From a virus, in IMG/VR virus record IMGVR_UViG_3300000651_000004, positions 14,596-78,595 of that record: DNA of 64,000 nucleotides. One strand, written 5' to 3'. A program made the translations under genes and the position numbers. Shown here one piece after another: positions 45,649-56,082 of the stretch. The notes under the pieces were generated by a model that saw only the letters and a program-made list of their open reading frames with translations, was not told the origin of the DNA and made no database searches. Every line of letters starts with the position of its first letter. Within the stretch, counting starts at the first letter, position 1.

Positions 45649-46935
45649 TTACCGTCGAGAAGGATTTCTAATTTTCGACTCAATAGCATCGATAAAACTC
45701 ATCCCGTCATCGGCTGTCGGACTGCCAGGAGCAACTTGGCCATTGCCCTCACCACCAGTGGCGCGACCGCCACCAGCACCAGGAGTAACTCCCTGATAAC
45801 GCTGCAACCCCTTGGCAGCATCCTGATACATGTTCCAAAGCTGATGGATTGTTACAAGCGCACGCGGCAATAACGCCGCCTGAACCAGAATCCTGGCGCG
45901 ATCAGTTGGAGCCAGGGTTGCTAAATCAGTTCGGGCAACAAGCTCCTTGGTTGCCTCTAAATCATTGTTCCATTGATCATTGCCTTCAATGGGACGCGCA
46001 AGGTAAACCTCGTCACCAAGCATTTTCCACGCTTTCTTTTGCGCGCCATTCCATTCGTTGGCGCTTTCAACCTTGGTACGCTCAACTTCCGCTACGCGCT
46101 TGGATTCGATATAATCCAGGGCTTGTTTAACATCGGCCTGCAGAACACTTTTTCGCCGAATGATTTCCCGAGCGTCATCGGAGAGCTTGAACAAATTGAT
46201 TTTGTCCCGATCGTTGAAAGTCTCAGTAACTCTGCTCAACAGATCCCCCTGTTTATCCCGATCAGACTCAATCAATGCTTCCCGGATTCGGCCGGCACCA
46301 ATATTGTATTTATTCGAGAGCCGTTTGAGCTCACCCTCAATCGCCTCCATCGGAGCTTGTACCGCGCGCTGATACTCCGGAGTCTTTTCCAGTTTTACCA
46401 GGCGCAGCTCTTTGGAAAGATTGTCCCGTTCGCCGGTAAGCTTCTCAAACTCATCGGTGGCCATCGGGGTTTTGCCGTCAAACTCTTTTAACCGCGCTTC
46501 AGCGTCCTTAATCCGATTGATCAATTCAGCGTTCTGTTTGGAAAGCGCCTGGTTAGAAGTTCGCAAACGCCCCCAGGTATCTTTAGCCTGCGGAGTTGCC
46601 GCGCCAGGAAGCTCTTCGGGAAAATCCTCGTGCTCCAGAGCTTTTACTGGAGCCTGCGCCGGTTGTTCCTGCCCCTTTTCAACAACTTTTTCAACCTGCT
46701 GGCCAAACGCGAGTTTTGAAAAATCCGGTAGTAACGCTTTCGCCGCCTGTTCGGGTGTCGTCTCAGGAATAACAGGTTTAGCTGGCTGATCAGGTGATTC
46801 TTCAGAAGGAGGAGGTGCCTGTTTATTTAAAGATGGTATCTTTGGATTTTCTTTGAGTGACGCGCCGATCTGGTCACTCATGAAATCCTCAAACTTTGCC
46901 GGGGGTGGTGTGGGGGGTGCCGCTGTTTCACTCAC
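45649..46935 (-). CDS. Capsid scaffolding protein (putative)
   Basis: Pro-rich N-terminus and coiled coil; between portal and capsid; GGAGA upstream of the GTG. Confidence 0.7.
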   Translation of the reverse strand: MSETAAPPTPPPAKFEDFMSDQIGASLKENPKIPSLNKQAPPPSEESPDQPAKPVIPETTPEQAAKALLPDFSKLAFGQQVEKVVEKGQEQPAQAPVKALEHEDFPEELPGAATPQAKDTWGRLRTSNQALSKQNAELINRIKDAEARLKEFDGKTPMATDEFEKLTGERDNLSKELRLVKLEKTPEYQRAVQAPMEAIEGELKRLSNKYNIGAGRIREALIESDRDKQGDLLSRVTETFNDRDKINLFKLSDDAREIIRRKSVLQADVKQALDYIESKRVAEVERTKVESANEWNGAQKKAWKMLGDEVYLARPIEGNDQWNNDLEATKELVARTDLATLAPTDRARILVQAALLPRALVTIHQLWNMYQDAAKGLQRYQGVTPGAGGGRATGGEGNGQVAPGSPTADDGMSFIDAIESKIRNPSRR

Positions 46936-47248
46936 GTTTTAAATCTCCTCGTGGTCTGGGTCCTTCTGGAAGGATTTTTTCTTCTTCAACACGGGAAGCA
47001 AATTCCCAAGGTTTCGGCATCGGCTGCCTAGCTTTTGGAGGATCAGCCAAAGCTCTCAAGGTCGCTATTGCTGAATAAGTCCCTTCTTTAAATTGGTTCT
47101 GAAGCGCATTGGTTTCCAGGGTGCCATTAGTTCTGAACTCATAAAGCCGTTCCAAAACCACACCACACGCCTGTTTAAAAATCAGCGAGTTAACCACTGA
47201 GCGCCATTGCTCAGTCAGCCCTAGCGCCTGCCACTCCTCATGAAGCAT
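46928..47248 (-). CDS. Small head-module protein downstream of the portal
   Basis: 106 aa, helical, in a typical post-portal position. Confidence 0.65.
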   Translation of the reverse strand: MLHEEWQALGLTEQWRSVVNSLIFKQACGVVLERLYEFRTNGTLETNALQNQFKEGTYSAIATLRALADPPKARQPMPKPWEFASRVEEEKILPEGPRPRGDLKRE

Positions 47249-49746
47249 CAGTCAGTCGGGTTAATTTCTCCCCCTTCAGCCGCCTCAGGTCCCGGGCCCA
47301 TCATTCCTTTTTGACTTTGCATACCCATCAGTTGCGCTTCGCGCGCGATACGCCGGGCCATACGTGCATCCTCGAATGCAATCTTCTGGCGGCCTTGATC
47401 GGCAAGGATTTTGTTCTTGAGATCGGCTTCTTGTTGCATTGTCGACATCTTGACCTGATGCGCCTGGATCTGAGCAATAAGTTTCGGATCAAGTGGCGGC
47501 TGACCTTGTGCAGCAGCTTGGTGAGCTGCGTAAGACGCAGCTGAAGTTGTAGGTACACCCGCTCCACCCGTGGGTCCGGCTGCGCCGCCACCAGCTCTGG
47601 CAGGGGCGGCCCCCGGTGCCGCCGCATTAACTTGTCCACCTGGTAACTGACCGATTTGCGCGCGTTGGGCGAGGACCGCCTGCGCTTGAGCTGCTTGTTC
47701 GCCTTCACGTGCTGCTGCTGCCTGAGCCTCCTGAATATTGTGATCAAGCTGAGCCAAAAATCCTTGGACCAGGTTGAGCCCTTTATTAATGAATCTTACC
47801 TCCTGAAATCGTGTGGGATCTCCCACCATCTGCTGCACATGCTGGGTGGTGTGATCAAGAATCGTGTGGAGCTGCCCACTTCCTCGCATCGCTTGAACCT
47901 GCCCTGCCTTAATTCCAGCAATGAGCTGGTGCATTGCTGTAAAATGAACAGTAATATGGACACGCGGCAGATCTTTTGCGTTAACTGGCATCGCTTGTCC
48001 AAGCATCATCACGGCATTTTCAATTTCTGCGTCTTTCTGATCTTGTGGCTGTCGCCCAGCTTCTGGAGCAGCCGGGACATAACGATCAGCCTGCGCATAC
48101 CCGACATACGCCGCTACCCGATCCCGGATAGCGTTACGCCGCCCGATTTCATCAAACTGTGGTGCGACATTGGCGATCTGATCCAGGGCAAGAAGCCGCG
48201 CACTTGCACTCCCATAACCCATGGCGCGCACAGCACGCACCCGCTTGATATTCTGCAAGGCTTTCATCGGTACCCCGCGATTCAGGCACCGCACCCGGAA
48301 TTGAAACGCTTCCTGCCCACCAGGGTCTAGCTGCGTAAGTTCCGGAGAAGTAACACGCCGGAACGTTTCAGCCAAAACCCGGTCCCACGGTATATAGAAT
48401 AGGTTCATGGCGCTGGTCGAAAGAGCAGACTCTTTTTGGAGCTCTGCCTGAACCTGAAACCGAGTTTTCTCTTTCTGCCCTTTAACCTGATCCTGACCGG
48501 TACGCGGCTGGTAAGTACCGGTATTAGCCTCTATCTGCATCGAAAGATCGCGAACAATCGGCAAAATCTGATCAGCAATGTTCTGATGTTTGATATCGAC
48601 AAACCGGATATTGGGCGGAACCAGGGTGAAGGGTCCCATGTAACTGAAAGATAATTCATCGACAGCGGTCGAATCTTCAGGTTGCACAACTGGCCCTGCA
48701 CTGAAAAAAGTCGCATCCACGACCGCGCACCGCAATTGATTACTGACCTGGATCTGGGGAAATATCTTATATCCCAGCCCTCGGATTGAATGGTAATACC
48801 CGTTGCCGATTCCGTAGGTAAAGATATGAAGACAGTTCTTGATCGATTTGAACCGTCCGATCCGTTTAAAAAGAAAATCCTGATTGAGCCCATTTTCCAG
48901 GGTCATAAAATGGCTGACTGTCCCATCAAATTCCTTCACCCAGAAGTGCAACACCCAGATCTCCTTAGCCCTCACGCGTCCATAATAGACGTCGTTCTGC
49001 TTCATCTCCCGCTCTAGCTCTTCCCATTCCCAAGCAGTTGGTGCTGAATTCCGGCTCGATGTCGCCCAATAGATAGCCTTCTTGGTCTCATCGACGTTCC
49101 AGCCATTCTTTTCAGCGAACTCCGGGTCTTTAATAAATTGATAAAGCTGCGTCGTCGTATAACGGCGTCGAGCAATCGCATAATCGACATCATCTTCATT
49201 GGCTGGCGTGTTGCGCGGGAGGATAAAATCCGCGAGGCCGCAGACTTTCCAGCGCCAGTCCCAGTCATCCTCGAAATAAACCACTCCCAATCCATGAACG
49301 ACAAACTCACGAGCCAGGGCCTGATTGTTGAATTCAAATCGATGCCAGGTTCGCAAGAGACGATCGAACTCTTCGCTCATTATCTGATTCCACTCGACCC
49401 GCACCTGCGGATCGCCTTCGAGCGTCTCGACCTGCGCAATATAGTCGACGGAGCTGGTAAGATCGTTGTACGGAGCCAGGGCGCTTTCTATGATACTGGC
49501 ACCCTCCAGCATGTTCATGTTGGTCCGCTGGGATTGCCCTAGATTATCCAGTTCCGCTTGATCGTACGGAGGAAAGCCGTCCAGCATCTCATTAACCCGA
49601 GCACGGTTATAAGCGTTCGAGCGATCAGCCTGCCAAGCAGCCGTCCAAAGCGCCCAGGCGGCAAAAACATCGCTGAGCCGGGACCCTTTTGGTGTATGAC
49701 CTTCATAATCAAGATTGGCCAGCTGGTCCTCGGTCAGTGCATTCAT
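47248..49746 (-). CDS. Portal protein
   Basis: 832 aa, downstream of the terminase; G.G..YF, RGLG and T..QV motifs; Q/A-rich C-terminal barrel typical of podoviral portals. Confidence 0.8.
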   Translation of the reverse strand: MNALTEDQLANLDYEGHTPKGSRLSDVFAAWALWTAAWQADRSNAYNRARVNEMLDGFPPYDQAELDNLGQSQRTNMNMLEGASIIESALAPYNDLTSSVDYIAQVETLEGDPQVRVEWNQIMSEEFDRLLRTWHRFEFNNQALAREFVVHGLGVVYFEDDWDWRWKVCGLADFILPRNTPANEDDVDYAIARRRYTTTQLYQFIKDPEFAEKNGWNVDETKKAIYWATSSRNSAPTAWEWEELEREMKQNDVYYGRVRAKEIWVLHFWVKEFDGTVSHFMTLENGLNQDFLFKRIGRFKSIKNCLHIFTYGIGNGYYHSIRGLGYKIFPQIQVSNQLRCAVVDATFFSAGPVVQPEDSTAVDELSFSYMGPFTLVPPNIRFVDIKHQNIADQILPIVRDLSMQIEANTGTYQPRTGQDQVKGQKEKTRFQVQAELQKESALSTSAMNLFYIPWDRVLAETFRRVTSPELTQLDPGGQEAFQFRVRCLNRGVPMKALQNIKRVRAVRAMGYGSASARLLALDQIANVAPQFDEIGRRNAIRDRVAAYVGYAQADRYVPAAPEAGRQPQDQKDAEIENAVMMLGQAMPVNAKDLPRVHITVHFTAMHQLIAGIKAGQVQAMRGSGQLHTILDHTTQHVQQMVGDPTRFQEVRFINKGLNLVQGFLAQLDHNIQEAQAAAAREGEQAAQAQAVLAQRAQIGQLPGGQVNAAAPGAAPARAGGGAAGPTGGAGVPTTSAASYAAHQAAAQGQPPLDPKLIAQIQAHQVKMSTMQQEADLKNKILADQGRQKIAFEDARMARRIAREAQLMGMQSQKGMMGPGPEAAEGGEINPTD

Positions 49747-50576
49747 ACCGGCAAGGTCTCCTGAACAAGCTCTGGCTCTTCAAGGGCCTCTTTTCGCGAA
49801 GTCAATTGCTCACGCATGATTTTCATGAGACTCCCATCCTTACACCCATGATGAACAACTGCCGTTGGAGATAGCGGCCTTACCGTTTCAGGAATAACTG
49901 TGCCATTCGGAGTGCGCTCTCCCAGGATTTCCCCGGTTTCCTTGTTCAGTTTGTACTTCCAGCTGCGCCACTCATGATGGATCAGGCTGGTCGAAGCGGC
50001 ATGCTTGATAATGTCCCACTGCCAGTAGACATCAAACGCAATCGGGGCAAAAGGAATCGTTTTGTAAAGAATCGAGTAGCGGGGAGCATTCTTGGGATAA
50101 ATCGAGCTTCCCGTCATATGAACACCGTCGTCATAGACCTCCCCGCTAGCTCTACGCCAGTGGGTGGGGTGAATAAAACCTAAGAACGGTCGTTGCACCC
50201 GCCGATACTCATCATATAAACTATTGAGCCAGTTGGGTTTAAGCGGAGTATTATCGGGCTCGAAAAAGTACCAGCACTCGCAATCCACATTGTTCCAAAT
50301 GTGAAGCATGGTCGAGTAAAACATCATGTTCGGACCCACCGGCCACCCATCTTTATGATTGACCAAGTAATGAATACTCGTTTTGGCAAATTGATCTCCA
50401 ACGGCCTGCAGAATCTTATTAGCCATCTCCTCGCAATGATTGGGAGTCACAAGTAATAGCTCATGACTCTTGTAAGGACCGACCAATTCCAGGTATTTTG
50501 CCAGGTTTAATGCAAGTTTTGCATCCTGCGTGTGAAACGGGAGAACTAAAAGCATCCTAAACTCCTTCTTTATCAA
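49743..50576 (-). CDS. Glycosyltransferase-like (GT-A) protein
   Basis: GWPVGPNMMF, WYFFEPD (xxD at the DxD position), HMTGSSIYP, FDVY. Confidence 0.5.
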   Translation of the reverse strand: MIKKEFRMLLVLPFHTQDAKLALNLAKYLELVGPYKSHELLLVTPNHCEEMANKILQAVGDQFAKTSIHYLVNHKDGWPVGPNMMFYSTMLHIWNNVDCECWYFFEPDNTPLKPNWLNSLYDEYRRVQRPFLGFIHPTHWRRASGEVYDDGVHMTGSSIYPKNAPRYSILYKTIPFAPIAFDVYWQWDIIKHAASTSLIHHEWRSWKYKLNKETGEILGERTPNGTVIPETVRPLSPTAVVHHGCKDGSLMKIMREQLTSRKEALEEPELVQETLPV

Positions 50577-52390
50577 CGGAATTGACCACTAGCAAGGTCA
50601 TTCCCATACCTTAACCTGGGTGCCGTAATTCTAGCAAAGCGCTTAATCTTCTGCATGACAACCCTTTGCGGAGGAGGTTCATTTTTATTTTCAGAACGCG
50701 TCGGAAACACGCGAATGCCTTTTTCACCCCCTGGAATTGCCCCCAACCGGCTACGGCATAAATCGACCAGGATCATGGCCGCATCCGCCACATCCGGACT
50801 TTTCTGTGTCCGAGAAGCCATATCAGCCTTGGATTCCACCCGAATGCGAAGGCCGCTGGAGTGCTTAACCGTCACGTAATGTCGAGCGGTGAGCTCTTTA
50901 GCAAGCTCAGGGGTGACGCCTTTGAGCTGATAATTGCGTAAGAATTCCTGACCGACATACCAAAGCTCGCTGACCCGGTCAGCATACCGCTCGTTAGCCG
51001 GTTCCTGACTGAACATGCTGACGGGCATGTCAGTAGCCAGCCCACTAAAGGAAACAGCCAGTACATCCGGGTGCCAAATGCGATGTACAATATCAGCGAA
51101 AGTGATCCCGCCTCCTGTACCATCAAAAGCCGCATGCTCAGGGGTGACCCCGCGCTTTTCACAAAACTCCTTGAATTTCCGCGCGATCTGGAAATTCCGT
51201 GGTTCCTCTTTGTTCGTGACATCCTCTTCCAGGATGACAAGTTCCGAGTAATAAATAACCATCCGCCCATCACGATCACGCCCGTAATGCCCGATCCAAA
51301 GAGCGCTTCGGGCACCACCATTTGTAAAGCCGGGATCAAGTGCAGCCACAATCGTGGGTGGTTCCGTTCCCCAAATAACAGTTTCACTCGCCCTGAATTT
51401 GACCATATCAGGTTCTGAATAGATCGCCGTCTCATCGCCTGTCGGACACCAGAACCCCCGGAACATCCGCCAGAAGGCAAGGCCATTCTGATCCATTTTC
51501 TCTTGTGCCTCACGTATTTGGGCGACCCCGATAATTGGCCAAGTGTCTTTTTGAGCAATCCAGTTAGGACTTTTGAGAGCGTCAAAGTGTAGGCAATATC
51601 CTCGTTTAGTCTGCCATTCCTCATCTTCGACAGTGATCGATCCCCATCCGTCGAGAGGTTCGGAGAGAAGTCCATGTGGATCATAAAGTGAATTGGGGTT
51701 GCCAGAAGCGATTAGCTGGAAGTATGGGTTAAGCGAAAGGTTAGACTCGGCAGCTTGAATCAGGGCCTCACTAAGTTCGGGAAGCTCATCAGCCAAGAGG
51801 AAGACACGTTTGTTCTTCATACCGATGATCTTTCCCACAGCTTCGCGCTCCTTTTTTTTCTCACCGGCCAGCAACGATATACCACATCGATCGCTCGAGT
51901 AGACCTTACCGTTGAATTCAAATCGAATGATGCCGGCCGAATCTACGAGCTTGCCAGGGAGGCCGTCTACGGATCGCCAGTAATCACAGATTGCCCCCCA
52001 GATCCGCCGCCGGCTGTCTTTAAGAGACGTGCTAGTCACCAGAACCAAGGTGTCAGCCGGGGCGCAGACAAAATTGATGATCCCCCATAAGGCACAAAAA
52101 TCTGTTTTTCCAGAACTGCCACAACCGGCTAACGACAGGTAGCGATGTATGCTGGCGCACTGCGCCATCCGTACCGCCCACGGGTGCCATTCGAAAGGCT
52201 TCTTTGAATCCTTCCCCCAAAAAGCCCTGACACACCGGATAAAATGCCGCCACTTACCCAGCCCCCCGCTCTCCTCGGTAAACCCATCCCGGAAGGCTAT
52301 CAACTCGATCTCCAGCTCTCCTATACCAGGGCGAAACCGCCGGCCATATTTTAAAATTCTGCCATCGAGAGCTTGACTTGCTGTTTCCAC
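50573..52390 (-). CDS. terL: Terminase large subunit
   Basis: GCGSSGKT Walker A, LLADE Walker B, SGNP coupling motif, ALDPG and SPDVADA nuclease acids. Confidence 0.92.
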   Translation of the reverse strand: METASQALDGRILKYGRRFRPGIGELEIELIAFRDGFTEESGGLGKWRHFIRCVRAFWGKDSKKPFEWHPWAVRMAQCASIHRYLSLAGCGSSGKTDFCALWGIINFVCAPADTLVLVTSTSLKDSRRRIWGAICDYWRSVDGLPGKLVDSAGIIRFEFNGKVYSSDRCGISLLAGEKKKEREAVGKIIGMKNKRVFLLADELPELSEALIQAAESNLSLNPYFQLIASGNPNSLYDPHGLLSEPLDGWGSITVEDEEWQTKRGYCLHFDALKSPNWIAQKDTWPIIGVAQIREAQEKMDQNGLAFWRMFRGFWCPTGDETAIYSEPDMVKFRASETVIWGTEPPTIVAALDPGFTNGGARSALWIGHYGRDRDGRMVIYYSELVILEEDVTNKEEPRNFQIARKFKEFCEKRGVTPEHAAFDGTGGGITFADIVHRIWHPDVLAVSFSGLATDMPVSMFSQEPANERYADRVSELWYVGQEFLRNYQLKGVTPELAKELTARHYVTVKHSSGLRIRVESKADMASRTQKSPDVADAAMILVDLCRSRLGAIPGGEKGIRVFPTRSENKNEPPPQRVVMQKIKRFARITAPRLRYGNDLASGQFR

Positions 52391-52412
52391 TGGAGTAGAA
52401 ATTTAGGGACGC

Positions 52413-52787
52413 ATGAAACTGATCATCCCCCAGACTAACTTCAGGCTTCGAACTGAGTCCGACCGAGTAATTATTGACACTACCCAAGAGGATAAAATCG
52501 ATCGGGATTTAGAGCGCCAGGAAGTTGCCAGGCGGCTTAATAAGACCACACGTATGATAGATCTTTACCGACGACTGCCTGGAGAAGCAAGATTGCGTAG
52601 TGAAATAACCCCTGATCGTCGTGTTATCATCAAAGAAAGTGAACTTACCCGATGGCTCAATTTTTTGAAAACCAAAGAAGGACGCGGCCTTTACAATGGA
52701 CGTGCTAGCAGCCTTCGACCCCGGAAAAAACGGGGGAGTAGCCTGGAGGAGCTCGAAGGGGATTTTTCAGGCCTTACCCTTACCTAA
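52413..52787 (+). CDS. MerR/excisionase-like HTH protein
   Basis: LERQEVARRLNKTTRMI...RVIIKESELTRWL. Confidence 0.65.
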   Translation: MKLIIPQTNFRLRTESDRVIIDTTQEDKIDRDLERQEVARRLNKTTRMIDLYRRLPGEARLRSEITPDRRVIIKESELTRWLNFLKTKEGRGLYNGRASSLRPRKKRGSSLEELEGDFSGLTLT

Positions 52788-53145
52788 AGTACCACGAGAA
52801 CTTGTTGACTTAATCAAAACAATCAACCCGACCGATTCAATCATTGAAGCAGTCGGCGGTTACACAGGAGACGAAGAAAAATCGACCGGAGCGAGGATGT
52901 TTCAGTTCGGATACGCAGCGGGAGGGCCTTATTGGACGCTGCTCACACTTGGACTTCGGGTCCGATTCGTGACCCCGCAGAAATGGCAAAAAGCGATGTC
53001 CCTAGGCAACCGCAAGACATACGGAGACCAGTGGAAAAATCACCTCAAGACACGTGCGTCGGATCTGTTCCCTTCGATTATAGTATCCTTGAAGACAGCG
53101 GATGCGCTCCTGATGCTGGAAGCGATGCACCAAAAGAAGATTTAA
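52696..53145 (+). CDS. RuvC-like Holliday junction resolvase
   Basis: AFDPGKNGG, IIEAV, FGY..G, VTPQKWQK, ADALL. Confidence 0.85.
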   Translation: MDVLAAFDPGKNGGVAWRSSKGIFQALPLPKVPRELVDLIKTINPTDSIIEAVGGYTGDEEKSTGARMFQFGYAAGGPYWTLLTLGLRVRFVTPQKWQKAMSLGNRKTYGDQWKNHLKTRASDLFPSIIVSLKTADALLMLEAMHQKKI

Positions 53146-53150
53146 AGGAG

Positions 53151-53561
53151 GTGGTGCCTGATGCCGATAACGCCGCCGATATAAATCAAGAACCCCCGCC
53201 CGTAGAAGCAGGGGTTCAAGATCAAGGAATAAACAAAATCAACGCAGAAAACAAGTTGACTCCAATACTGACAGAAAATGCCACACCGATCATTGGTTGC
53301 AAGGGGTTACTGAATCGCAAGGAAGTACGCCTCACCGCGTTACGCTTAATCAACGAGCGTTTCCCCAGTGAAAAAGGCAGACTTTTCAGCCGTGTAAGCG
53401 ATAAATTCATCGACCGGCTGGAACTCGCGGTTCAAACCGAAATGCTGGCAGCGATCAACCGGCATCCATCGCCAGTGGTGAGTCCAACGGTTAATCAAAC
53501 TCCATGGACCCAGAAGACTACCCCGAACTCGAACACGCCCCCTACAGTCCCTCCACCTTAA
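53151..53561 (+). CDS. Protein with a histone-fold-like segment (start uncertain)
   Basis: LLNRKEVR...FSRVSDKFIDRLELAV...AAINRHPS. Confidence 0.45.
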   Translation: MVPDADNAADINQEPPPVEAGVQDQGINKINAENKLTPILTENATPIIGCKGLLNRKEVRLTALRLINERFPSEKGRLFSRVSDKFIDRLELAVQTEMLAAINRHPSPVVSPTVNQTPWTQKTTPNSNTPPTVPPP

Positions 53562-54632
53562 AAAACTTCGCTCTTTGCCCCAGCTGGTGCCAAGGCGATA
53601 CCGAAGAAGCCGGTGAGCAAGCCGCTCGCCGTGGGACCGCGATCCATAAAGCATTTGAGACAGGAGATCTGTCCCATTGCCAAACCGAAATCGAAATCGC
53701 CTGCGCCAAGAAAGCCATTGGTTATGTCGCCCTCGTCAAACGGCAACGTATCGCTTCCTTACCGAGAACTTAAGGAAATCAAAATTGATCTGCTGGAAGA
53801 TCAGTGGGGTTACATTGACCGGATTTTACTCTGGCCTCAGCTCAAAGAAGCTGACCTGTTGGATCTTAAAACCGGCATTTATCCGGTTGATCCAGTTGAA
53901 AAAAATCTGCAGATCCAGTTTTATATCACCGGCCTGTTCGACGCTATTCCCTGGCTGGAGCGGATCAGGGGTCACATCATTCAGCCTCATCTGAACTACG
54001 CCGATTATCACACGTTCTCACACGAGGACGTGGATCGAATGAAGAACCAAATTCTGGCCATCATTCACAATGCACGAACCAAAGCCGGTAAAGAGTATCA
54101 TGCTGGATGGCAACAATGCCGCTTCTGCGGCAACAAAGCCGGTTGTCTTGCCCTTCGCGATTTTGCCAGCGCAATCGCTCCCGCTTACGAACCTTCTTTC
54201 CATATCCCCGAACCGATTCACCCTTCTGAAATCACCGATATTGAAACGCTGAATCGGGTTTTAATGTTCGCCAAAGTCATGGAAAAATGGTGTGATTCGG
54301 TCAAACACCACGTTACCGAACTGGCTCGCCAAGGACACGATTTTCGCAATTTCCGGCTGATCGAAATCTCTGGCCAGCGGCAAATCACGCGACCGGTGCG
54401 AGTGTGGGAACTGTTGGAAAAACAAGGATGGAAACTGGCGGAATATTTGGCTTGTGCCGACATTCAGATCGGCAAACTCGATCAGGCACTGATGGACAAA
54501 GCGCCCAAAGGCCAAAAGAAACGTTCCCAGGAAGAATTTTCGGACCTGTTAAAGGACGAAAGCGCCATGGAAATCAAACCCCCAACTTATCAGATGAGGG
54601 CGCGGCCTCCCGTGGCTTTAGATAACAAGTAA
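53504..54632 (+). CDS. Cas4-like PD-(D/E)xK exonuclease (DUF2800-like), split by a frameshift near 53740-53773
   Basis: HAPYSPS..CP..GTAIH in 53504-53773; E..GYID..DLKTG..Q..Y and CRFC...C in the +1 frame up to 54632. Confidence 0.8.
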
Positions 54633-54651
54633 AAATAGAAAAATAGAGTAT

Positions 54652-55413
54652 ATGGCAGTTCAATCATTAGAAGACCTCGATCTTAGCGCAGAGGAACAAG
54701 GCAAAAAAATTGTTCCATCCGAACCCGTCCAGGGTGAGGAAGTATCGACCTTTATTCAATTCGACGGCGATGTAACCGGCGAAATCACCAGCCAGGATAA
54801 AAAAATCCCCCGGCTTAACCTGGGTCAGAAAAGCGGTGCTCTTGGCGAGAGCATGGGTTTTGGCAACCTGATCCTGAATAAGGAGCTGGTTATCGCGCCA
54901 TACGGCAAAGTGATCACTGCGACGGTGCTGAAAATGAAAAAACAGTACCAGGAACGGCGTCCTTACGACCCGAACTCAACCACCTTACCGAAGATGTTCA
55001 ACACATCCAAGGAAGCGCACGTGGCGGGATTTGCGACCGAATGGCCTTCAGGACAACTGGCAGGAGATGAAAAACTGGCTCTGCCGATTGCTCATCTTTT
55101 ATTGTTCCTTCCAGCTCCAGAAGGAATGGACCCTAACGTCGTCGAACAAAATTTCTTTTACGACTTTAAAGGCACCCATTACACAGCAGCCATTTTCACC
55201 ACCAGCCCTACGGGCTACAAAGTGACTGCCCAACCGCTTTTCACTTTCCTGGACACTCCGAAAGCAAAGGAGCAAGGACTTCGAGTAGGTAACTGGAAAT
55301 TGGTTTCTGAAAAACAACAGAACGCCAAAAATTCCTGGTACAACCTTAAACCGAGTTCCAACGGTTTTAACTCTCCTGACTTCATCAAATACACCAAAGA
55401 AGTACTCCCCTAA
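54652..55413 (+). CDS. Putative ssDNA-binding / replication accessory protein
   Basis: IPRLNLGQ motif; located between the exonuclease and PolA. Confidence 0.5.
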   Translation: MAVQSLEDLDLSAEEQGKKIVPSEPVQGEEVSTFIQFDGDVTGEITSQDKKIPRLNLGQKSGALGESMGFGNLILNKELVIAPYGKVITATVLKMKKQYQERRPYDPNSTTLPKMFNTSKEAHVAGFATEWPSGQLAGDEKLALPIAHLLLFLPAPEGMDPNVVEQNFFYDFKGTHYTAAIFTTSPTGYKVTAQPLFTFLDTPKAKEQGLRVGNWKLVSEKQQNAKNSWYNLKPSSNGFNSPDFIKYTKEVLP

Positions 55414-55442
55414 CTAAATAACCCCCAAGGCAAGGCAAGGCC

Positions 55443-55649
55443 ATGATTCACCAGATCGAAAGTATCTGGAGGCAGACTCGCGATCTGCCCCCAACTCAGC
55501 TCGCTGTCGTCAATTCACTTTTCAGCGAGATAGAGCATCTTCACGAACCACACCAAGATACTCCAGGACTACCTGGACAATTGGAATTATTTCACCAGTC
55601 CAATTACTATGAACCCAAATGGTTCTCCACCAATGGCAAAATTCAATAA
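55443..55649 (+). CDS. Hypothetical protein
   Basis: 68-aa ORF with ATG after the gap. Confidence 0.45.
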   Translation: MIHQIESIWRQTRDLPPTQLAVVNSLFSEIEHLHEPHQDTPGLPGQLELFHQSNYYEPKWFSTNGKIQ

Positions 55650-56082
55650 AGACACCTGTATTCAGATCCTGCGCGCCATGCTGCTGGATAAACGCCGCCC
55701 CGCCATCCATTACATCCATCAGGATGAAAAAATCGGCTCCCAAATTAAACACTGCTACCGGTTTTTCGTCCTGAACAATGGCGGCCACTACAATGTTTCA
55801 GGGCTGATTGCAGCGGCTTTCGGTGTCAATGTAAATGACCGCAGCCAGGCTTTCAGCGTCAACACCCTCTCTCACGAAGATGATGTGCTTGGCTTCCGCA
55901 ACAGCTTGGCTCAGCTTCTCGATATTCCAGGGCTTGTCCTTGAAGACCTGATCTTGAGCGCCAAAGATACGCTCATTTTTGGAATCAGCCCTCAAGCCGC
56001 GGAATTCCTTCCGCTGGCTAACATGCCGGTTCCTGATCGTAATTCAGATGAAAAACCAGAACCTATTGAATTACCTTCATGA
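55609..56082 (+). CDS. Hypothetical protein
   Basis: ORF ATGA-coupled to the next gene; the start may be 55633. Confidence 0.65.
   Translation: MNPNGSPPMAKFNKDTCIQILRAMLLDKRRPAIHYIHQDEKIGSQIKHCYRFFVLNNGGHYNVSGLIAAAFGVNVNDRSQAFSVNTLSHEDDVLGFRNSLAQLLDIPGLVLEDLILSAKDTLIFGISPQAAEFLPLANMPVPDRNSDEKPEPIELPS

Noticed and set aside
52475-52499. TTGACA...TAAAAT sigma70 promoter
   Set aside because: The spacer is only 13 bp.
55426-55440. (CAAGG)x3 microrepeat
   Set aside because: Too short to distinguish from chance, and no functional context.
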